Source: Candidatus Poribacteria bacterium (lineage in GTDB: Bacteria; Poribacteria; WGA-4E; WGA-3G). From it: a stretch of DNA of 64,000 nt. Positions within the stretch are counted from its first letter, which is position 1; each line of letters opens with the position of its first letter. A program made the translations under genes and the position numbers. The stretch lies in contig OY282386.1 of NCBI GenBank assembly GCA_958295945.1, positions 1,687,371 to 1,751,370 of the forward strand. Direction: 5' to 3'. Shown piece by piece: positions 57,668 through 64,000 of this stretch. Below the pieces are notes generated by a model. The model was given only the letters and a program-made list of their open reading frames with translations. It did not search any database and was not told where the DNA came from.

Positions 57668-58735
57668 ATGCCACATATATCAAAATCTCTATTCTGTTTA
57701 CGTTATACAGTCAATTCTCTTCTCATTATATGTATGATTGTTTCGGCATTGCTGATAAGTAGTTGTAGTGATCAGAAACAACAGCTGAACGTCTTTACAT
57801 GGGCTGGTTACGTCAATGATGAAATACGAACTGGATTTGAGAAAGAATTTGGTGTTAAAGTTGTTGTTGACACCTATGCTACAAACGAAGACTTACACGC
57901 TAAGTTATCACTTGGAGCAACTGGTTACGACATCATTATGCCATCAGATTATATGGTTTCTATCATGATTAAATCAGAACTGTTAGCTAAGTTAAATCAA
58001 GATAATATTCCTAACTTTGAATCTATCAGTCCCGATTTCCTTGACAAGTACTTTGATCCTGAAAACCGCTATTCAGTTCCTTACACATTTGGCACAGCAG
58101 GAATCGCTTATGATTCAGATGTAGTTTCCCCCGCACCTGATAGTTGGACAGTACTATGGAATGAAAAATATAAGAATCAATTCAGTATGCTTGATGACCC
58201 ACGTGAAACACCTGGATTGGCATTAAAAATGCTTGGATATAGTCTCAATACAACCGATCCGGAAGAACTAAATCAAGCTAAAGAAAAATTACTTGAGCAA
58301 AAACCACTCGTAAAACAATACAAGAATGAGGCTGAAGAACTCCTTATTGCAGGAGATGTTGTAATGGCACACTGTTGGAGCGGTGATGCTTTTCGTGCTG
58401 CTGCAGAACGTTCATCTCTACGTTATGTAATTCCTAAAGAGGGGTCAAGTCAATTCATTGATAATGTTTGTATTCCTAAATTCGCACCTCATAAAGACCT
58501 TGCTGAAAAGTTCATCAACTACCTTCTTCGTCCAGAGATTAATGCAAAAATATCAGCATTTACTAAGTATGGCACTTGCGTTCCAGCAGCAAAGGATCAC
58601 TTACCAGATGCAATACTTATGCATGAATATATCTACCCCTCAGAAGATGTCCTACAATCTCTTGAATGGATAAGAGATCAAGGCGATTTTACCCAACAAT
58701 ACAGTCGTGCTTGGGAAGAAATCAAAGCAAAATAA
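57668..58735 (+). CDS. potD: Spermidine/putrescine-type ABC transporter periplasmic binding lipoprotein (PotD/PotF family)
   Basis: Lipobox ALLISSCS. PotD-like NVFTWAGYVNDEIRTGFEKEFGVKVVVDTYATNEDLHAKL...GYDIIMPSDYMV. No cognate permease or ATPase genes are adjacent. Confidence 0.75.
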   Translation: MPHISKSLFCLRYTVNSLLIICMIVSALLISSCSDQKQQLNVFTWAGYVNDEIRTGFEKEFGVKVVVDTYATNEDLHAKLSLGATGYDIIMPSDYMVSIMIKSELLAKLNQDNIPNFESISPDFLDKYFDPENRYSVPYTFGTAGIAYDSDVVSPAPDSWTVLWNEKYKNQFSMLDDPRETPGLALKMLGYSLNTTDPEELNQAKEKLLEQKPLVKQYKNEAEELLIAGDVVMAHCWSGDAFRAAAERSSLRYVIPKEGSSQFIDNVCIPKFAPHKDLAEKFINYLLRPEINAKISAFTKYGTCVPAAKDHLPDAILMHEYIYPSEDVLQSLEWIRDQGDFTQQYSRAWEEIKAK

Positions 58736-58899
58736 AGATCCTTTCACCTCTTATCTCGTATATTCTGATGCTTGCTGACAACAATAATTGAAGAATTGAC
58801 ATCCAAAAGACAACTTTAACTGTGATTGATAAGAATTCAAACTTTTCTTAAGTTGATACATGTCTATCCAATATTAATTTTGTCAATTGGAGTTATCTA

Positions 58900-59775
58900 A
58901 TGAAAGTTTGGCATACGTTAAGATATCAGTTTCGAAGTCCAGTGATTCTCCTTATTCATTTTGCTTTATGGGTCTTGTTCTTCTTTCTATTTGATGGTCG
59001 TCCTATACACAGTAATATATACGAAATACTGCAAACTTTTATAGATACATTACATGTAATGCTAATTCTCAGTTTCATCAGCAGTTACCGATTGGCAAGA
59101 GGTAAACTGAACGGTATTGCAAACACACAACAAGAGTGGATGAATTGGTATCATAATCAAGACCAAAAAATACCTCATTATCATAATCATCTCCCACAAT
59201 CTCTCTCTGAATATCTCAAGTTAAGTTCGGTATTGATTACAGTGAAGAACATAGTCTTCGAAATGTTCAGTAAACCAATGATATTTGTCTTTCACTTCAT
59301 TTGTTGGCATACTGTCTCTTTTCTCGGTATATTGTTAGATGAACCAATGCAGTATACAATTAGAGAAAATCAGTCAATAGGAATATATCGGATTTTCAAA
59401 TATATAGTTTCAGATATGTCTCATGAATACATCTATGTATTAGTCTTAATCGCATTTTTCGCACTCATCACCTGTTTACAAGACGTAATAGGTAAACTAA
59501 TTGGTATTGCTCAAGAACATCGACAATGGCTAAAATGGCACGAAGATCATAATGAATCGTTTCACGTACAAAATAACATAGAAACAACACATTCTCTTAT
59601 ATCAAATGAAACTGGACTATTATTTGTAAAACGAGAACCGGTTTATACCATAATTTATGTTATCAGTGTAATGGTTATTGTCTTTATAATTCCATTACAA
59701 CTCATTCCAATCACAGACTGGAGTGGAATTAAGTCTTTGAGTTGGGTCTCAATACTCTTGCTACTTTTACGTTAA
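58900..59775 (+). CDS. Hypothetical integral membrane protein
   Basis: Several hydrophobic helices. No recognisable family. RBS ttggag. Confidence 0.4.
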   Translation: MKVWHTLRYQFRSPVILLIHFALWVLFFFLFDGRPIHSNIYEILQTFIDTLHVMLILSFISSYRLARGKLNGIANTQQEWMNWYHNQDQKIPHYHNHLPQSLSEYLKLSSVLITVKNIVFEMFSKPMIFVFHFICWHTVSFLGILLDEPMQYTIRENQSIGIYRIFKYIVSDMSHEYIYVLVLIAFFALITCLQDVIGKLIGIAQEHRQWLKWHEDHNESFHVQNNIETTHSLISNETGLLFVKREPVYTIIYVISVMVIVFIIPLQLIPITDWSGIKSLSWVSILLLLLR

Positions 59776-60302
59776 CTATAGTTTGGACAATTTCTTTTGG
59801 TTACATACTGAGATTTCAAGCATTTACTAAATAATGTGAGTTTTCAATAGGATAATAACTTGACGAAAATGTGTTAGAATATCAAAATGAGCAGCCCCAG
59901 CGGGGCGAAATGTGTCCAGCACATCGTGAACATACAATCTATAGCCCCAGCGGGGCGAAATGTGCATTGAAGAAATAGGTATCATGACTGTGATGCTCTT
60001 TGTCTAGACTATTATTCAAGCCTATAAAAAACTGTCCAAACTATAGTTACGTTAAATCACATAATAAATAATCAGATATTAGGATAAAACTGTATTTACA
60101 AATATCTCTCATTGGAATCGGATATTTAAAGTTTGTGGCAAAGAATCTGCTGATATTGTCGGATGTCTTACTGTTCCTACTTTGGTGTGTCTTATGCAAT
60201 ATTACTTTGCAATACGTTCTTTAGGCCCGTAGGGACGGGATGTTTATAGATAAGCGTTGCCATCACAGATCTTAGTCCCGTAGGAACGATCTGTTTGTAC
60301 CA

Positions 60303-60440
60303 ACTAGTGGTCTGTCTACACTAAAATTGTCCGTCGCGATTTGGGGATCTCTCGGACAGAAACCTTGTGTCCGGTAGGAGGGAACTCCGATTCCCGATTT
60401 CTTTGGAGATTCATAATTTTAGTGTAGACGCTCCACTAGT
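60303..60440 (+). mobile_element. MITE family D (IS630-derived), copy D1
   Basis: TIRs ACTAGTGGTCTGTCTACACTAAAATT...AATTTTAGTGTAGACGCTCCACTAGT match the IS630 ends at 60435-61687. The ~110-bp interior has no coding capacity. Further copies lie at 62286-62423 and 62418-62573. Confidence 0.7.
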
Positions 60441-60452
60441 AGACTGTCCACA

Positions 60453-61124
60453 CTAAAATTGTGGGTATAAGCGTTTCAATCGGATGCGAGCATCATCCGT
60501 TGTCCATTGCCAGTCTACTTGCTTCGCTTCACCATTTCGTCTTTTTTCCCAAGCTTGTGTCTCTCGTCGTAGTGTTTCTATATCAGGGATGCGACGACCT
60601 AAACATTGTCGTGTTAGCACGCTAAGTTCTATCTCAGCAATATTCAACCAACTTCCATGTTTGGGCGTATACACGATTTCTAAACGAGCACATAAACGGC
60701 GTGCTTCCGCTGCTGGAAACGCTTTATACAAGGATGAAACTTTATGTGTATTCAGATTATCACAAACTAAAATCACTCGTTTTGCTTTCGGATACACCTC
60801 GTCTAATAGCACCTTTACCTCTTGTGCCCAATCCACCGCAGTCCGACGCTCACGCACAGACACGCCTCTCCACCCCGTTAGTGCTTCTGTGAATATGAAA
60901 AGTTGTGCTGTGCCATTGCGTCTATATTCATTATCTACACGCTTGACTTGACCCGGTTTGAGGGGGCACGGCTCGCGAATATCATCCCTCAACGTTACAG
61001 GTTGTTCATCCATATTCACAACCGGCACATCTGTGTCTAAAGGTTTCTGATAGAGATCAAGCACTTCTTCCATTGCTGCGACAAACTCAGCATTTTCGGT
61101 GGGTGGGATTACCCATTGTTCCAC
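60453..61124 (-). CDS. IS630-family transposase, DDE catalytic part (OrfB)
   Basis: DDE_3 hallmarks VILVCDNLNTHK and ...HGSWLNIAEIELSVL. The frame shifts relative to OrfA within the A8 run (plus strand gtttttttttag, 61139-61152). Confidence 0.75.
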   Translation of the reverse strand: MEQWVIPPTENAEFVAAMEEVLDLYQKPLDTDVPVVNMDEQPVTLRDDIREPCPLKPGQVKRVDNEYRRNGTAQLFIFTEALTGWRGVSVRERRTAVDWAQEVKVLLDEVYPKAKRVILVCDNLNTHKVSSLYKAFPAAEARRLCARLEIVYTPKHGSWLNIAEIELSVLTRQCLGRRIPDIETLRRETQAWEKRRNGEAKQVDWQWTTDDARIRLKRLYPQF

Positions 61125-61135
61125 CAGGTGTGGCT

Positions 61136-61639
61136 TTAGTTCGTTTTTTTTAGCGTCTGGCGCACTGTTTCAGAACAAATACTCTCAACGATTTCAAGCT
61201 TCACGAATTCCGAAGCAAGAAGACGAAGGGACCACCTGCTATAGCCTTCAGGCGGTTCGCTACAACTCAACGCAATCAGACGCGCTTCTGCTTCACCATC
61301 CAACTTTCGAGGACACGGAGGTGTTTTGCGGTGCACTCGATCCAACGCTCCCGATAAACCCTTTTCTACAAAACGATGCCGCACATTGTAAACCGTCTGC
61401 TCATGACACGAGTAAGCTTCAGCTATCTGCTTATCAGTCCAGCGAGGACCATTTACATCGGATTTCAATAAGATGTGTGCATGCCTGATCTTATACGCTT
61501 TATTTTCTCCTTTACTTATATACTTGTTTAGTTCTTCACGCTCAATATCAGTTAATTCAACTATATATTTCTTTTTCAAGAGACTATTCCTTAAAGAAGT
61601 ATTTAGGGACATTCTAAAAGAAATACGTCTGTTTGGCAA
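61136..61639 (-). CDS. IS630-family transposase, N-terminal HTH (DNA-binding) part (OrfA)
   Basis: Paired HTH region ...ELTDIEREELNKYISKG...KIRHAHILL... and ...WTDKQIAEAYSCHEQTVYNVRHRF... typical of Tc1/IS630 transposases. Confidence 0.75.
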   Translation of the reverse strand: MPNRRISFRMSLNTSLRNSLLKKKYIVELTDIEREELNKYISKGENKAYKIRHAHILLKSDVNGPRWTDKQIAEAYSCHEQTVYNVRHRFVEKGLSGALDRVHRKTPPCPRKLDGEAEARLIALSCSEPPEGYSRWSLRLLASEFVKLEIVESICSETVRQTLKKTN

Positions 61640-62285
61640 GTTTTATTGAAGAATATACCTATAATTTTAGTGTAGACACTCCACTAGTCCTTATAACTAT
61701 ATTGTCCCTACAAGTCTAAAAAATGTGTTTTGAACAATGAAAAATATGTCCATTGCCAAAAAATAACTTGACAAAAGTCCATTTATGTGTTAATATATTT
61801 ATATTATTAATATTAAAACGTATGTTCTGATAAACATAACAACATTAAGACATTTATAAGAACAAAAGAATGGAAACTATTATGAATATAAAAGACGGTA
61901 TTCATACAATTTATCACACATTTCTATACAAAAATAACGGACAAATCTCAGCATCTCAGAAAAATCTTACAGTTTTCAAAATTCAAATTTTAGTGCCATA
62001 AAATTATGCCCTATAAACCCATACAGAGACTGTGTTTATAGGCAATTTGCACGTCTTATGGACTGTAAGAGATTTCTTACAGTTTCGTAACTTTTCAAGA
62101 AGGAGACAGACCATGAAATCGCAAGATAATCACAATGAATTTGCCATCAGATACTACACAAAAAATACTACTCTCATAGTCCTGGTTAGGTGCGGTTTCC
62201 TAACAGAACCTTATACATCAATTTAGTGTAAATAAGGCGTTTTCCCCAGGCCGGTAGGTTCGGTTTCCTTATCGAACTTACCGGC

Positions 62286-62573
62286 ACTAGTGTTCTGTCT
62301 ACACTAAAATTGTCCGTCGCGATTTGGGGATCTCTCGGACAGAAACCTTGTGTCCGGTAGGAGGGAACTCCGATTCCCGATTTCTTTGGAGATTCATAAT
62401 TTTAGTGTAGACGCTCCACTAGTGTTCTGTCTACACTAATCTTGCGGGTAAATATCGCGATTCGGAGATCGATCCTACTGAATACAGCTCTGTCATTGTA
62501 GGAGGGAACTCCGATTCCCGATTTCTTTGGCAATTCATAATTTTAGTGTAGACGCTCTACTAGAAGGACGCTA
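62286..62573 (+). mobile_element. Two tandem MITE family D copies (D2 62286-62423; D3 62418-62573 with a replaced interior)
   Basis: Same TIRs as D1. The D3 interior carries gggtaaatatcgcgattcggagatcgatcctac, a motif also duplicated at 20317-20405. Confidence 0.65.
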
Positions 62574-62734
62574 AATTGACACTTATGGTGACAAAAACTT
62601 TACATACCCTATCTCTCAAAAAATGATTGACACCTATTGAAATAAAATATATGATATGAATTATTATCTATAGCGTAAGCAACAATAACAATACTCTCGT
62701 TGTATTTCATTATCATAATTGATTGGAGGAACAA

Positions 62735-64000
62735 TTGAGCAGACCGAATATACTATTCATAATGTCAGATGACCATGCATCTCATGCGATGAGTTGTTAC
62801 GGAAGTCGTATTAATGAAACCCCGAATCTTGACCGTATCGCAGACGATGGGATGATTTTCCAAAACTGCTTCTGTGTCAATTCGATTTGTACCCCGAGTC
62901 GGGCAAATATTTTGACAGGTCTACATAGTCATCTCAACGGTGTGAAGACATTAGGTGATAAACTTGATGGGAAAAAACCGAATGTCGCCAAAATGCTTCA
63001 AGCAGATGGATATCAAACTGCTATGATAGGCAAATGGCACCTTGGCCACGGTGGAGATGCTGACCCTACTGGTTTTGATTACTGGAACGTTCTTCCGGGA
63101 CAGGGTGATTATTATGATCCTGTTATGATTGAGGAGAGCGGAAGGACAAAACATGAAGGTTATGCAACCGATGTCATCACAGATTTCTCATTGGATTGGC
63201 TGAAGAATCGGGACAAAGACAATCCGTTTTTCCTAATGTGTCATCACAAAGCACCACATCGACCTTGGGATTCAGACGAGAAACATGTGCACATGTATGA
63301 AGATGAGGATGTCCCAATGCCGGACAACTTCTTTGATGATTATTCTAACCGTTCTAATGCTGCAAAAGAAGCAAAAATGCGTGTCTTTGGACACATGAAT
63401 GATAGAGACCTAAAGATTGAAAGATTCGGTCCTCCACCAGAAGGTTTATCAGATGAAGAGTTAGCGAACTGGCAATATCAACGCTATATCAAGGAATACT
63501 TGCGATGTGTCGCTTCCATAGATGACAATGTTGGAAGATTGCTTGATTATCTTGATGAAGACGGTGTCGCTGATGATACAATGATTATTTACACTTCCGA
63601 TCAAGGTTTCTTCTTAGGTGACCACGGGTGGTACGACAAACGTTTTATGTATGAAGAATCGCTCCGCATGCCCTTTATTGTGCGTTATCCGCGTGCTATC
63701 GGTGCAGGAAGTTCTACTCACGCAATGGCATTAAACATCGATTTTGCTGAGACCTGGTTGGATTATGCAGGTCTACCAATTCCAGAAAACATGCAGGGTT
63801 CAAGTTTAAGACCAATTCTTGAAGGAGAAACTCCAGATGACTGGCGAACGCAGATGTATTATCGCTACTGGATGCACCTCTCACATCATCATGTGCCTGC
63901 ACATTACGGTGTTCGTACACACAAACATAAGCTCATCTATTACTATGGTGATCCTATGGGAACTACGGGTTCAGTGAACCAACATACAGAACCTGAATGG
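62735..64000 (+). CDS. Cys-type sulfatase (arylsulfatase family), 3'-truncated by the window end
   Basis: GGAGG RBS, then TTG at 62735 (MSRPNILFIMSDDH). Formylglycine motif CTPSRANILTG and the downstream KWHLGHGGD and HHKAPHRPW sulfatase blocks. No signal peptide. The ORF remains open to position 64000. Confidence 0.8.
   Translation, partial: MSRPNILFIMSDDHASHAMSCYGSRINETPNLDRIADDGMIFQNCFCVNSICTPSRANILTGLHSHLNGVKTLGDKLDGKKPNVAKMLQADGYQTAMIGKWHLGHGGDADPTGFDYWNVLPGQGDYYDPVMIEESGRTKHEGYATDVITDFSLDWLKNRDKDNPFFLMCHHKAPHRPWDSDEKHVHMYEDEDVPMPDNFFDDYSNRSNAAKEAKMRVFGHMNDRDLKIERFGPPPEGLSDEELANWQYQRYIKEYLRCVASIDDNVGRLLDYLDEDGVADDTMIIYTSDQGFFLGDHGWYDKRFMYEESLRMPFIVRYPRAIGAGSSTHAMALNIDFAETWLDYAGLPIPENMQGSSLRPILEGETPDDWRTQMYYRYWMHLSHHHVPAHYGVRTHKHKLIYYYGDPMGTTGSVNQHTEPEW

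Larger units (their letters stand above)
60435..61687 (-). mobile_element. IS630-family insertion sequence (~1.25 kb)
   Basis: Imperfect 26-bp TIRs (ACTAGTAGACTGTCCACACTAAAATT / ACTAGTGGAGTGTCTACACTAAAATT). Two consecutive transposase ORFs are enclosed, separated at an A8 homopolymer. Confidence 0.8.

Overview
This is a 64-kb bacterial chromosomal window that is gene-dense but unusually rich in short interspersed repeats. I could not find rRNA or tRNA genes, or a true CRISPR array, by eye.

- **Repeat and mobile content.** At least four MITE-like families are present (A to D). One of them derives from the ends of an IS630-family insertion sequence that is itself present at 60.4-61.7 kb. There are also several families of nested GC-rich palindromes sitting at the 3' ends of genes, and a perfect 14 x 28-bp minisatellite.
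- **Paralogue arrays (1-4.2 kb).** Four tandem paralogues of an unknown ~280-aa family are followed by three tandem Azotobacter FdxA-type 7Fe ferredoxin paralogues. One member of the unknown family carries a 1-nt frameshift.
- **Housekeeping and metabolic genes.** These include katG, with a duplicated palindromic operator-like site upstream, a CaCA-family cation/Ca exchanger, a ThrC-like PLP enzyme, a PhyH dioxygenase plus a truncated paralogue, MoaB, a Gfo/Idh/MocA oxidoreductase, a rhodanese, a PotD-like binding protein, a GH32-like hydrolase and a Cys-type sulfatase that runs off the window end.
- **Large eukaryote-like secreted proteins.** There is a membrane-anchored WD40 beta-propeller protein, a 1560-aa protein with three lamin-tail domains, a double-vWA membrane protein and a LamG protein.
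- **Modular LRR proteins (26.5-35.8 kb).** Two paralogous giant proteins each combine a metzincin-type Zn-protease domain (HExxHxxGxxHD), leucine-rich repeats, Big-like Ig domains, a dockerin and a T9SS C-terminal sorting domain. The larger one contains a near-identical 1785-bp internal tandem duplication. Together with an FGE-sulfatase-domain lipoprotein, these genes sit between a fused ECF-type ABC ATPase and a B12-binding radical SAM gene on one side and a putative EcfT gene on the other.
- **Most interesting locus (48.9-55.3 kb).** A co-directional five-gene cluster encodes a coiled-coil membrane protein, two tandem PspA/Vipp1 (ESCRT-III superfamily) paralogues, a 600-aa unknown protein and a classic-clade AAA+ ATPase with a Vps4/FtsH-like SRH. 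This looks like a candidate bacterial ESCRT-III/Vps4-like membrane-remodelling module that, to my knowledge, has not been described in this form.

All calls are made by eye from the sequence and the six-frame ORF track, with no database searches. The gene content and the T9SS sorting domains suggest an FCB-group or candidate-phylum organism rich in eukaryote-like repeat proteins, but the taxon cannot be determined from this window.
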